Positions 1 to 11,188 of a DNA stretch of 64,000 nt are shown one piece after another. The stretch comes from Rebecca billardiae RCC1528. Its lineage: Eukaryota > Protista > Haptophyta. The stretch lies in contig OZ251224.1 of NCBI GenBank assembly GCA_965240325.2, positions 1,488,001 through 1,552,000 on the forward strand. Direction: 5' to 3'. The position numbers and the translations under genes were made by a program. How positions within the stretch are numbered: the stretch's first letter is position 1; each line of letters opens with the position of its first letter. The notes beneath the pieces are model-generated. The model searched no databases. It had not been told where the DNA came from and saw nothing but the letters and a program-made list of their open reading frames with translations.

Positions 1-1047
1 CGCGGCGTGTGCGGTGCGCAGCGCGGTGCGCGCCACGTCGCACGCGCTCGCGAGCCGCTGCACGCCGTGCGCCGTGCGCGCCTCCTGCGCGAGCGCGGCC
101 GCCAGCACCACGTGCTTCCGCTGCTTGGAGATGGCGAGCGGGGACTTGCCCGTCGCGTCCTGCACGTCCGGCGAGGCGCGCGCGGCGAGCAGCGCGGCGA
201 CGGAGCCCTCGCAGCCGACGAGGCACGCGGCGTGCAGCGCGGTGCGCCCTGTGCGACTCTCCTGCCAGTTCGGGTCGAGCCCCGTCGCGAGCAGCAGCCG
301 CACCACGGAGGGCTGCCCGCCCGCCGCCGCCTTGAAGACGCGCTCGTGCACCGCCTCCGCGTCCGCTCGCGCGTCGTACGCGACGGAGTCGAGCTCGACG
401 ACCACCTCGAGCGAGGGCGGGCGGGCGGAGTCGGCGCGCGCGCGCGCGCACGCGCGACCAAAGTCCGCGCCGAGCAGCGCCTCCGACTCCGCCGCCGCCG
501 CCGCCGCCGCCGCCGCCTCGGCCGCAGGCGCGAGGCTCGTCGGCGGCGGCGGCGCGGCCGCGAGCTCGGCGCGCGCGGCCGCCGCGCCCGCGACTCCGCC
601 CGCCGACTGCGCGGCCGCGGCCGCGGCCGCGCCGCCGTCCGCGCCGTCCGCCGCCGCGCCGCCGGGCACGGGTTCCGGCACCGCCGCCGCCGGCCGCGCG
701 GGCGTGACGAGCGCGATCGGCCCCGCGCGCGCCGCGGCCGCGAGCTCGCGCACGCGCGCCGCGCCCGCCGCGCTCACCGCCGCGACCAGCGTGTCACCGT
801 CCTGCACCCCGAGGTCGAGGGGGCAGTGTGAGGCGCGGATGCGCTCGCCGCGGCGGTACAGGTGGACGCGGCCGCCGCAGGAGGTGGGCGGGAGCCGCTT
901 CGCGAGGGAGGAGCACAGCGTGCCGAAGCGCGTCGTCTGCAGCATCTTGAAGTGGAACTCGGCGGGCGCGGCCGCGCCCGGCGGCAGCGCGCCCGCCCCC
1001 GCGCCGGCCGCGGGCGCGCCCGCGGGCGCGCCCGCCGCCGCGCAGCT

Positions 1048-1078
<31 letters not shown>

Positions 1079-4000
1079 GGCGGCGAGGGCGCCGCCTCGG
1101 GCGGGTCGGCGGGGGCGGCGTCGGCCGCCGCCGCGCCCCGCGCCGCCGCCGGCTGCGCGGGCGCGTCGGCGGGCGGCTGCGCGAGCGCGGCCGCGGCCGC
1201 GGGCGCATCCGCCGACGGCGCGCCCGCCGCGCCCGCCGGCGGCGCGGGCGCATCGACAACTGTGACTCGCACTGAGAGCACGGCGGCGGTGCCCTTGACA
1301 AAGGCGAGGCCGAGGCGCGTGCGCGCGGCGCCGAGCGCGTCGAGGTCGCCCGGCCCGCATTCCGCCAGCCACGTCGTCACCGGGTCCGCCGCCTCCTCCG
1401 CCGCCGCGGCCAGCGCGCTCGCGGGCGCGTCCGCGCCCGGCGCGCTGCCGTCTGCGCTGACGTCCGCGCCGCCGCCCGCGCCGCCCGCGCCGCCCGCGCC
1501 GCCCGCGGCGCGGCACGCCGGGCAGGTCCAGTCCCACAGCGCGCCGAGCGCGACGGCCTCGGCGCCCGGCTGCGCCGCGAGCGCGTCCGCGCGCGCGAGC
1601 GAGCTCGCGGGCACCAGCCTCGCCAGCTCCGCCGCGGGCATGCACGCCGCGTGGAAGTGGACGTGGCAGCGGCGCGCGGCGCAGCGGATCATCATGTGGG
1701 GGTGGCCGTCCGAGCCGGGCGAGGCGCCGGCGGAGGCGCACGCCGCCGCGGCGCCGCCGAGCGCGCGCGGCGGCACGGCGTCGCGCGCGGACGCGGGCGG
1801 CGCCGTCGAGTCGCCGCACAGCGCGCACAGCACCAGCTGCTCCCGGCGCAGCACCTGCCGCCAGCCCCAAGACTCGCCCGGGTTGAACAGGTGGTCGGTC
1901 GAGAGTCGCACGAGCTGCTGCGCCGCGCCGCCGTGCGCGCGCACGCTCGCGCCCACGCGCAGGCGCACGCCCGCGGCGGCGGTGCCGGCGAGCATCTTGA
2001 GGTACACCGAGAGCGCGTCGCGCGCGCCCGCCGACGGCGGGCGCATCGAGATCTGCCACCGCGCGCCCCCGAAGGAGAAGGTCGTCTCGATCTTGGATGG
2101 CGGCTTGGCGGCGGCGCGGGGCGGCGCGGGCGCGGACGGCGCCGCCGCCGCCGACGGGTGTGGCGGCGCGGAGCCGCGCGGCGGCGCGGCGAGGGCGGAG
2201 GAGGCGTCGGGCGCGGCGTGCTGCGCCGCGTCGGCCGCGCCCACGCCCTCGCCCTCGCCCTCCGCCAGCCCGAAGAACGCCGGCGCGTCCGCGAACGTGT
2301 ACGATGCCACCGCGGCGGGCACGGCGGGCGCGAGCGCGACCACGCAGCGAATGCCCGGCGGCAGCGCGCCGGTCGAGTCGGCGGAGGAGACGGCGGGGAG
2401 GCGGAGGATGGGCGCGGGCGCGGGGGCGGGCGCGCCCGCGCCGCCGGCCGCGGGCGCGCCGGCGTGCGCCCCGCTGCCGTCCGCGCCCGCGGGCGTGCCG
2501 GCGGCCGCGGGCGCGCCCGCGTCCGCGCCGCCAGCGCCGCCGGCCGCGAGCGCGGCCACCGCGCGCCTGCGCTCGCGCTCGCGCTCGCGTACGGGCGCGG
2601 CGAGCGCGGCGTGCACGGCGGCGCGCAGCGCGCGCGCCGCGCCGCCGTGCGCCAGCTCGAGCACGTCCGCGCAGTTGGGCATGCGCTTCACGAAGTCCGA
2701 CAGCTGCGAGGCGAGCGTGTGCGGCACGCCCGCCGACTCGGCGGCGGAGAGGATGGCCGCCACGTCCGGCGGAGGCCGCGTAACGGCCTCGCGCGCGCGC
2801 GCGGCGAGGAGGCGCGCGTGGGTCGGCGTGAAGGGCACGTCGCGCGCGCGCTCGAGCCCGGCCTGGTACACCTGGAACCGCTCGCCGTACGGCGGCCCGT
2901 ACACGCACTTCACCCGCTCCATCTGGTTGTGCGCGAACGAGCCCTCGATGAGAACGGGCTCCCGCCCGTCAGTCTCGCCCGACGCGCCCCAGCGGTGACG
3001 CCCGTACCCGTGCACTTCGCCGCGGCTCCACTCGCCCTCGTACCGCAGCGGGCCCTTCGCCGCGAGCTGGCCGGGGTACGAGACGGCGGACGGCCGGCCG
3101 TTCATCGACGACCAGTCCTGCGTGCCGAAGCCGTGCCGCAGGTCGTCGAGCCACTGCCCGATGTACACCGCGCCCGAGCGCACCTCAATCCCCGCGCCGC
3201 ACCGCCGCCCGCCCTCGAACCTTCCGGAGAAGAAGTGCGCCCACTCGCCGCCCTCGACGCGGAGCTCGGCGCCCTCGCCGTGCATCACGCCGTTCGCCCA
3301 CTCGCCGACAACCCACGCCGCCGGCGCCTCGCCCGGCTTGTCCGGCACCGCGCTCGCCGCGAGCCCTCGAGACTCAGACGCAGTGGGGCCGTACGCGGCG
3401 CCCACGCCGTGCCGCGCGCCGTCCACGAATTGGCCGACGTAGCACGCGCCGTCGGCGGAGCGCCAGACGCCGTCGCCGTTGGCGCAGCCGGCGCGCACGG
3501 TCACCTCGAGCCGCGAGCCCGTCGGCGAGACCACACGCGCGCGCCCGTCCGCGATGCTCACGCCGCTGCCGCCGCCGCCGCCGTCGGCGCCGTCGGCGGC
3601 GCCGCGCGCGCCGCCCTTCACGCGCGGCGCCGCGCGCGCGCCTTCGAGCAGCGGCGTGGGCGTGTCGACGCACGAGCCGTCGGAGAAGAGCGTGGTGTGC
3701 CACTCCGCGCCGACCGCGCCGGGCGGCGCGCCCGCGAGCGCGCCCGCGGGCGCGCCCGCCGCGCCCTCGGGGGCCGCGAGCAGCGCGAGCGTCGCGGTCG
3801 CCAGCTCGGCCATGCGCTCGCCGGCCGCGCGCGTCGCGCCCTCGTCCTGGAGGGCCGCGGGCAGAGTCGAGAGCTCGAGGAGCTGGTCGCGCTGGGGCGG
3901 CGCGGGGCCGGCGGTGGGCTCGGCGGCGGGCGCGTCCGCGCCCGCCGCGCTCGCGATCACCGCCGCCGCCGCCGCCGCGATCCGGCGCTCCGCCTCGATG

Positions 4001-5616
4001 TCGGCGGAGAGGGCAGGCGGCGGGCCGCGGCGCACGCACACGCGCTGCCAGCGGCGCGCGGCCGCGCCCAGCCTGGCAAGCATCGCTCGGTCGGCGGCGC
4101 GGCGGTCGGCGTCGGCGGCGCTCTCGTCGGCGAGCGCGCGCGCGAGCTCGGCCACCGCCTCCGCCGAGAGCGAGCCGAGCGAGCGCAGCAGCATCAGCTG
4201 CACCTCGGGCGGCAGCAGCAGCTGCTCGAGCGCAACACCCGCGCACACGGCGCGCGCGAGCTGGCGCGTGCGTAGCAGCTGCTGCGCGGCGCCGCCCGAC
4301 GGCGCGATGAAGTGGAGCGCGCGCGCGATGCAGCGGTACGCGACGCCGCGCGAGCGCTCGGAGAGGTCCGCGCCGTACTGCGTGCCCAGGCACAGCGGCG
4401 CGAGCGCGCCGATCACGTTTGTCTCGAGCAGCCAGCGGAGCGGCGCGCCCGCGCGCGCGACGAGCGCGTGCACGCCCTCGAGTGCGTGTGAGCGACAGAG
4501 CTCCGAGCCCATCATCACGCAGGAGAGGAGGGCGCGCGCGAGGAGCGAGCGGCGCGCGGCGGCCTCGGTCGCCGCCCTGCCCACCGGCCCGGCCACCGGC
4601 GCCTCCGCCACGCCGCTGAACCCCAGCGCGCCGTCGAGCGCGTCGGCGCTCGCCAGTGACAGCAGCGGCGCCAACACCTTGGCCGCGTTGGCCTGGAGCG
4701 CGCGGTGGCGCGACGCGGCGAGCATCTCGCAGAGCGGCGGGAGGAGGGCGTGCTCCGAGGGCGCGTCGGCGAGGGCCTCGTCGCGCAGCACGCCGTCCAC
4801 CTCCTGCGACGTGAGCAGCCCCGCGAGCTCCTGCAGCCCCGCCTGCAGCCGCACGAGCCGGCCGCGGCTGCCGGGGTCCGCCTTCACCTCCGTCCACACG
4901 AGCGGCACGGTGCGCGCGAGGTTGGGCAGCGGCGCGGCGAGCCAGATGCAGGTGGAGACCGAGACGAGGATCGCGGCGAGGTCGAGCGCGCCCGTCGGGT
5001 CCGCCTGCGCGTCGAACGGCACCGCCGCCACGCGCGCCTCGATCGCGTGCCGCAAATACGTCGAGACGAGCGAGCTGAGCAGCGGCCACGTGTGCTCGTC
5101 GTTGAACGCGTCGATCGCGTCGTTTGTCGAGGCGCGGACGAGCTCGACGACGGAGCAGCACGCGAGGGCGATCATGTGACGGATCGGGTGCGCCATCTGC
5201 GCGAACTCGGGCGCGTGGTTGAACGCGCGCCGCACGGGCGCGCGCGAGCGCGCGCTGCCGCCGCTCGGCTTGGCCGCCGCCGGCTGGAGCACCGTGCCGA
5301 CGCGCGCGCTGAGGTCGCCGTCGGTGGTGCGCAGGGAGGCGTCGAGGCGCGTGGCGGTGGAGAGGAGGCCGATCAGCACGTCCAGCTCGCCCTCGGCGAT
5401 CAGCTCCTCCGCCACCCCCTCGTCCAGCAGGCTCGCGGGCAGCTTGAGCGGCGCGCCGGTCGCCGAGCCGCAGATGCGCTCGTACGGCTTGCCGCAGACG
5501 GTCTCGAGGCGCAGGAGGTGGCGGAGCGCTTCGTCGAGCCAGATGCCTATCGCCTCGGCCGAGGGCGTTCCACCCTCCCCCCACGGGAATGGTGGCACGT
5601 CGGGCAACCTCGACAT
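1..5616 (-). CDS. Large multidomain protein (3' end outside window, >1870 aa): MORN repeats, MATH-like domain, PHD-type zinc finger, SUMO/ubiquitin-like domain, ankyrin repeats
   Basis: Not in the ORF track, consistent with the frame running off the window start. ATG at 5616 (MSRLPDVPPFPWGEGG). All segments read share one frame. MORN-like YVGQFVDGARHGVG, YIGQWLDDLRHGFG, YEGEWSRGEVHGYG (~2990-3480). MATH-like TFSFGGARWQISMRP..LSVYLK..HLFNPGESWGW (~1850-2090). PHD-like CALC..MIRCAARRCHVHFHAAC..WTCPAC (~1515-1830). SUMO-like EFHFKMLQTTRFGTL..PLDLGVQDGDTL (~785-960). Ankyrin GRTALHAACLVGCEGSVAALLAARASPDVQDATGKSPL (~100-290). Confidence 0.85.
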
Positions 5617-6146
5617 GATCACGCCACCGTGTGTGAGGGAGGAGAGCCCATTGGTGTGCGCGGGATGGTGGGTGGGGAGGCTGGCGCCTCGTGGGCGGGT
5701 GGCGCTTTCCAGTGGCTTTGGAGCCGGACTGCCGGCGCGGATTCTTCGGGCCGAGCGCTCCCGTGGCACCTTTGCGGCTCGAGTGGGCGTGCGCAGCGTG
5801 GACTCGAGAACCCTGCTTGGAAGAACCACGCGACTGTGCGGTCGGCGTCAAAAAATAATTTGATTGGCCAGCCAGGGCGGACGGGTTGCCGTCCGTGGAA
5901 AGGCGGGTTGATGCATGCGCGGGACCCAGAGAGAAAATAATGGCGGACGAGCCTGGATTTCGGCGGGAGGCGCCCGGCCCGCGCCTCGCCCAGGCCTGTT
6001 CCGGCCCGGGCGGCTTTGTTCGCCCGCCGCCGCCGCCGGAGCTCGTGGCCCAAAAGCAACACTCCTCGACCCGCCCCCCTTGCCTCCCAGACTTGAGTGG
6101 CGCCGCGGGCAGCAGGCGCGCGGCCTCGCGGAGAAAAGCAGGCGCG

Positions 6147-7337
6147 ATGCGGTCGGACGCCGTGTGGCGGCGGCCACCAGCTCTTGACCTGGCTGTTCCG
6201 CCCCGAGTCCTGGAGACTGAGCAGGTCCGCTTGCAGCGCGAGCGCATACAGCAGCTCCCGGCCGACGCGGGTGACGAGCTGAAGCTCTTGCCAAACGACA
6301 GAATGCCCGCTCACATCTTGCCACCCGCCAGGATCGAGGGCCCGGCAGATCCACGCAGCAGGGCGAACGGGGACGCTCTACCTGCCGACGACGATGCCAA
6401 GCTCAAGCTCAAAGAGCGCGAGCTCGAGCTCCGGCGCAAGGAGCTCGAGCTGCAACGGCTCGAGGACGATCTCAAGGCGCGCGCGTCGAAGCGGCGCCGA
6501 CGCTCGAACAGGAGCCGCAGTCGGAGCTCATCGCGCTCCCGCTCGCGCTCGCGCTCCCGCTCGCGCAGCTCGAGCCCCGCGCGTGGGCGCAGATCTCGCG
6601 GGGACCGTGACCGCGCGCGCTCTCGGCGCGCGCAGAGCCGGAGCGCCTCGCTCAGCCCGGCGCCGACGCGCCCCCGCCGACGTCCGGAGCCCCCGCGGGG
6701 TGGTGAGCAGTGGGGCGCGCAGCCAGGGGCGAGCGCCCCCCCGCCGAGCATGCCGCCGAGCATGCCGCCGGGCGCGAGCCACCCGCCTTACGGCGGCGCG
6801 GCCGTGAGCGGCGCGTGGGCGCCGTACGGGGCTGCGGGCGCGGGCTCGTATGCGCCGCCTACGATGGGCGCGCTCCCCCCTGGCGCTCTTGCACCTGGCA
6901 TGCCGCGCCCCCCCTTGCCTGGCGCGGGCGGGCCCGGAGTCGGCGCGGCCGCCGGCGCCGGCATTGTGCTCTTGCACCCGCCATTGCCTGCGCCGCCATC
7001 CGCGGCCTCGGCGGGCGCGCCGAAGCACTCAAAGTGCGTGCAGATCCCAAACTCACGCGTCGGGACTGTGATTGGCGTGAAGGGCGCGACGGTCGCTCAG
7101 ATCGAGCACATGACAGCCGTCTCGATCACGATCGAGAAGACGCCCGTCGCGTCCAACGGGACGACGGTGCCCATCGCCGAGCTTGCGCGCAACCTGCACG
7201 TGGAGTCGAGCAACCCGGCTGCGATCGCCCAGGCGGAGAAGCTCATCCTTGACTTGCTTGCGGACAAGATTGACGGCCGGCTGCTCGCCAAGGGCATCAT
7301 CCAGCCTGTCTCCAAGCCGCCTCGGCACGCGGGCTGA
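6147..7337 (+). CDS. RS-rich, proline-rich protein with C-terminal KH RNA-binding domain
   Basis: Within ORF 5886..7337. Short coiled coil, RSRSRS tract, Pro/Gly-rich linker, and KH signature VQIPNSRVGTVIGVKGATVAQIE..AIAQAEKLI. Start uncertain (6147 vs 5940). Confidence 0.8.
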   Translation: MRSDAVWRRPPALDLAVPPRVLETEQVRLQRERIQQLPADAGDELKLLPNDRMPAHILPPARIEGPADPRSRANGDALPADDDAKLKLKERELELRRKELELQRLEDDLKARASKRRRRSNRSRSRSSSRSRSRSRSRSRSSSPARGRRSRGDRDRARSRRAQSRSASLSPAPTRPRRRPEPPRGGEQWGAQPGASAPPPSMPPSMPPGASHPPYGGAAVSGAWAPYGAAGAGSYAPPTMGALPPGALAPGMPRPPLPGAGGPGVGAAAGAGIVLLHPPLPAPPSAASAGAPKHSKCVQIPNSRVGTVIGVKGATVAQIEHMTAVSITIEKTPVASNGTTVPIAELARNLHVESSNPAAIAQAEKLILDLLADKIDGRLLAKGIIQPVSKPPRHAG

Positions 7338-7474
7338 CTTGGCTTGGCTGCGGGCATCTTTGCACACGCCCTTCGCCGTGGCGCCATTGCGCCGACTCAC
7401 AGCCGCTGGGTGACCCCTGCCGGCCGGTGGCTGCTCCGTGCTTGCAGCTGCAGCGCATTATGGTAACTGGATCC

Positions 7475-7550
7475 ATGATGGCACGATGCGGTCCGCCCGC
7501 CCGAAGAATCCCTGAATCCACGATGATGGCATGATGCGGTCCGCCCGCCC
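7475..7550. repeat. Two 28-bp direct repeats, period 48 bp
   Basis: ATGATGGCA(C/T)GATGCGGTCCGCCCGCCC at 7475 and 7523, in an AT-richer intergenic region. Confidence 0.75.
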
Positions 7551-8192
7551 CGCGGCGCCGGAATAATCGTCGGTCGCGAAGTTCGGTGATCCCGAGGAAC
7601 GACATACAGTGTCATGCGCATGAGTAGTGAGAGTATACCGATTTTGGACCGTTGCGCAGCCTAAAGCCCTAAATGGCCTAAATTCGGGCCAGAAATTCAA
7701 AGCAGTCGTCCGCCGGCAGCAAAAATAATAAATAATGCGCGTTTTTCAATAATTCGGATGACGATATTTTCCCCGCGCCGCGGCTCGGATCGATTACGGC
7801 GGTCCCGCCCGGCGCTGAGTTCGTGTAGTGTATATCTATGGTATATAGTATCGCGGACGGCGAGTGTCAGGGTTTGCGCCTCCATTCGCGTCGGCTGCGC
7901 GCGGCCGTGTCTGTGGCCATCGGCGGGCGTGCGCGCATGCCTTGGCTGAAATTGGTAGCAGTCGTCATCCGACGCAGCACGTGTATCGCACTGTCGCGGC
8001 GGGGCGGCGGCTCTATCATCAAGAATGGTGATAAGTGATGCCAAGTGCACAAGCGCGCCTCCATGCCTGAGCACACAGTCGTTGGCGTGGGTTGGCGTGA
8101 TGCCGCTGTGTGCCCGCGCGGGTCGCGTTGGCGAGTTGCGGGGTTGCCGGCGCTTAGACGCCATGGACATGGTACGGGCTCGACGGCTGAGC

Positions 8193-9593
8193 TCACGCGG
8201 CCTTGGATCCCGCTGGCCCATGCCCGCGGCGGATGCTCTCATCCAGGAGCTCAAAGACCTGGGGACAGTTGGCCCGACCGAGCCCCACGCGCAGGTGCGG
8301 CCCGTCAAACCCGCCGCCGTAGACGCTCGCCGGCAGCAGCAGAATCGACTCGGCCGCCACCAGCGCCTCGCAGTACGCCTCGGCGTCGGCCGCGCGCGCG
8401 CCGGGCGCTCGGAGGGCCGGGAAGGCGATGGGGCCTGCCTGCGGCGGATGGTACTCGAAGAGCTCGGCGTGCTGCTCGAAGAAGGCGGCTGCCGCCGCCT
8501 CGCCCTGCGCGATCAGCCCGCGCGCACGCGCGGCGAGCTCCTCCCGCCGACGCATCGCCATCAGCGCCAGCACCTGCGACGGCGCGGCCGAGCAGATGGT
8601 GGTGAAGTCCTTGAGCGACGCCGCTGCGCTCACGAAGGCGGGGTCGCGGCAGCTGAGCCAGCCCAGCCGCAGGCCTGGCAGGCCGTACACCTTGGAGAGG
8701 CCGCTGAGGGAGACGCCGCGCTCGTACGCGTCCGCCGCCGCCCGAAGGCGCGGCGCGGCGCCATCCTTCTCCAGCCCGCGGTACATCTCGTCTGAGAAGA
8801 GCCACGCGCCGTGCCGCCTTGCGAGGCCGATCAGGCGCTCCCACTCGGCCGGACTGAGCGTCGCGCCTGTCGGGTTGTGCGGGAAGTTGACGACGATGCA
8901 GCGCAGAGGCGCGCCGCCGGCCGTCGCCGCCTCGATCGCCGCCTCGAGGTCGTCCACGCAGAATCGCATCGGCTCCCCGCTCGCGCACCCCCCGCGCGCG
9001 TGCCACGGCCGCGCGTGCGCGCCGCGGCACAGCGCGACCTCGAGCAGCGACTGGTAGGACGGCCAGGCGACGACGATGGCGTCGCCGGGCCGCACGAGCG
9101 CGCACATGGCGAGCGTGACGCCCTCCTGCGGGGCGCACTCGAGGATGTCCTCGGGACGCACCTGCTCGTAGGAGCTGCTCACCTCCTCCAGCAGCAGCGG
9201 GAGGCCACGCGTCTCGGTGTAGCCGAGAGACAGGTCCTGCCAAAGAGCGCGCGCCTCGTCATCCGCGCCGTCGAGCAGCTCTGACATGCGCAGCGGCTCC
9301 ACGTCAGAGCAGCAGAGCAGATGCTCCGCTGAGAACTCGTGCTTGGCGAAGAAGCGCTCGAGGCGGAATGTGCCGGGGTTGGAGCCCGCCGGGCGCTCCG
9401 ACTCCCACTGATCCGCGCACCGGGCGGCAGCCCGAGCGCGCGCGCGGCGGCTGTGCGGCGCGAAGCTGTGGCGATGACCCCACGTCCTAGTGCCTGTGCA
9501 TGCGCTCGCACCGGGAGCAGCGGCGAGAAGCGCTGCGGCAACCCACCAGAGGAGGGAGTGTGCCCGTCCGCCGCGTGCCATCACCGCCGCCAT
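8193..9593 (-). CDS. PLP-dependent aminotransferase class I/II (capreomycidine-synthase-like group) with N-terminal signal/transit peptide
   Basis: FRLERFFAKHEFSAEHLLCCSD, LSLGYTETRG, VNFPHNPTG, FSDEMYRGL and SGLSKVYGLPGLRLGW (PLP lysine). Start MAAVMARGG at 9593 is followed by the hydrophobic stretch LLWWVAAALLAAAPGASA. Confidence 0.9.
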   Translation of the reverse strand: MAAVMARGGRAHSLLWWVAAALLAAAPGASACTGTRTWGHRHSFAPHSRRARARAAARCADQWESERPAGSNPGTFRLERFFAKHEFSAEHLLCCSDVEPLRMSELLDGADDEARALWQDLSLGYTETRGLPLLLEEVSSSYEQVRPEDILECAPQEGVTLAMCALVRPGDAIVVAWPSYQSLLEVALCRGAHARPWHARGGCASGEPMRFCVDDLEAAIEAATAGGAPLRCIVVNFPHNPTGATLSPAEWERLIGLARRHGAWLFSDEMYRGLEKDGAAPRLRAAADAYERGVSLSGLSKVYGLPGLRLGWLSCRDPAFVSAAASLKDFTTICSAAPSQVLALMAMRRREELAARARGLIAQGEAAAAAFFEQHAELFEYHPPQAGPIAFPALRAPGARAADAEAYCEALVAAESILLLPASVYGGGFDGPHLRVGLGRANCPQVFELLDESIRRGHGPAGSKAA

Positions 9594-9671
9594 GTCGCTA
9601 CCGCGTGGACGGATTTCGTCCGAGGCGGACGAGCGCGTCCGTGGAACGCGGGCGCCTCGCGGGCTGGACCG
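9594..9671. promoter_or_regulatory. Very short bidirectional promoter/5'UTR region
   Basis: Only 78 bp separate the inferred divergent ATGs at 9593 (-) and 9672 (+). Confidence 0.5.
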
Positions 9672-10700
9672 ATGGTGCGGCCATGGCGGGCGCTCCCCGT
9701 TGCCGTCGGGCTGCTCCTCCTGACCGATGGGGCGGCAGCCGCCGCCACGGCCCGCTCCGGGCCCATGCAGCGCGCGATGGACAAGATGGCCGCAGCGAAC
9801 GCCGAGCAGCTTGCGCGGCGAGAGGAGCGTGACCTCGTGGGCGTCCGCTCGGGCGGCGTGAAGCCGCTCACGCGCAGCAACCCCGCGGGCCTCGAGCGCA
9901 CCGCAGACCAGCTCGGCGGGTACATGGCCCGGCAAGGCTGCATCAGCGTGAGCGGCGTCATCACCCCCTCCACGGCCGCGTCCGTGCGCGCCTTCATCGA
10001 GGCTGAGGGCGTGCGCGCGCGCGAGGAGGTGGAGGCAGGCAGCGTGCCCTTCGAGGCGCGGTTCGGCGGGGTCAACTGCCGCGGGCCGGGGCGCTACGGC
10101 ACGCGCCAGGACCTCTTCCTGCCCGTGCGCGCGCCGCCCGTGCGCGCCGCGCTCGCCGAGGCGCTGCGCAGCCTCAAGCCGCTGCTGAGTGCGACGGTGG
10201 GGATGGGCGGCACCGTGCACGAGGTCTCCTCACTCGTCGCCGACCCGGGCGCGCCACGCCAGTGCATGCACGCGGACACGATCGTGCTGCCCTGCCCGCA
10301 GTACCCCGACGCGTCGATGGCGCCGCTGTACACCTTCTTCGTCGCGCTGCAGGACGTGGAGGACGACATGGGCCACACGGTCTTCCTGCCGACCACGCAC
10401 ACGGCCGAGGCCCACCTGCTGTGGAACTCGGGGCAGAAGCAGAAGGAGTCGTTCATCAGCATCCACAGGGCCGTGCAGTCGGCGCTCAAGACGGGCGACT
10501 GCGCCGTCTTCGACTCGCGCATCATCCACTGCGGCCGGGCCAACACCTCGGACAAGCGCCGAATCCTCTTCTACTTCACGCTGAGCGAGCAGCGCGACTG
10601 GCCTCTGCCTGACGGCCTGCACGGCTCCAACTCGATCCGCGCCGAGGACAGGGGCCAATGGACGGTGGAGGCGCTGCTCGCCGAGGCGGCAGAGCGCTGA
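9672..10700 (+). CDS. Phytanoyl-CoA dioxygenase (PhyH)-family Fe(II)/2-oxoglutarate dioxygenase with signal peptide
   Basis: PGAPRQCMHADT (HxD), FFVALQDV..MGHTVFLPTTH, LKTGDCAVFDSRIIHCGRANTS..RRILFYFT (distal His, 2OG Arg). N-terminus MVRPWRALPVAVGLLLLTDGAAA. Confidence 0.88.
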   Translation: MVRPWRALPVAVGLLLLTDGAAAAATARSGPMQRAMDKMAAANAEQLARREERDLVGVRSGGVKPLTRSNPAGLERTADQLGGYMARQGCISVSGVITPSTAASVRAFIEAEGVRAREEVEAGSVPFEARFGGVNCRGPGRYGTRQDLFLPVRAPPVRAALAEALRSLKPLLSATVGMGGTVHEVSSLVADPGAPRQCMHADTIVLPCPQYPDASMAPLYTFFVALQDVEDDMGHTVFLPTTHTAEAHLLWNSGQKQKESFISIHRAVQSALKTGDCAVFDSRIIHCGRANTSDKRRILFYFTLSEQRDWPLPDGLHGSNSIRAEDRGQWTVEALLAEAAER

Positions 10701-11188
10701 GGCGGCAGCGCGTCGCCTCATCGTCGGGCCCGACGATCATCATCATCGGGTGGCACGGAGCTCCTCGCCAGAGCCCTCCTCGCCAGAGCCCTTTGGCCAA
10801 CGATCCGAACACGCAGCGGCTCACGGCGGTGCGGCCCGCGCGCCCTGAGTCCTGATGGGACCACGCCCCGCGGGCGCCACGCGACCCGGCCATGAGGCAT
10901 GACTAAGACCGGAACCGTAAGGCTGAGAAGCCTGTGACATATGTGATGACGATGCTCAGTGACACTCTGAGACACTGATACGATGGGCAGCGCATTGCCC
11001 AATGCCCACGGAGGACGACGGGCGGTCTCGCGATATATAAGCGCGCGCATACACGCGAGCCAGCGATGATCGATTGCGCCTGCTGCTGATTGCATATAAT
11101 GCATGGGCCGGCGGGCTGACACGGACGGCGGCCAGGAGGCAGGACGCGTCGTCATCGGCACTACTACGACTCGTCGTTGTCGCAATTA

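Noticed and set aside
14-5940. Long plus-strand ORFs (14..2998, 1651..4275, 3479..5179, 4705..5940) and minus ORF 3374..6247
   Set aside because: Antisense or shifted-frame shadows of the minus-strand gene. They are low-complexity Ala/Arg/Ser sequences with no motifs.
9339-10220. Upstream extensions of the aminotransferase and dioxygenase ORFs suggesting overlapping genes
   Set aside because: The extensions are the antisense of the partner gene. The ATGs at 9593 and 9672 precede signal-peptide-like sequences.
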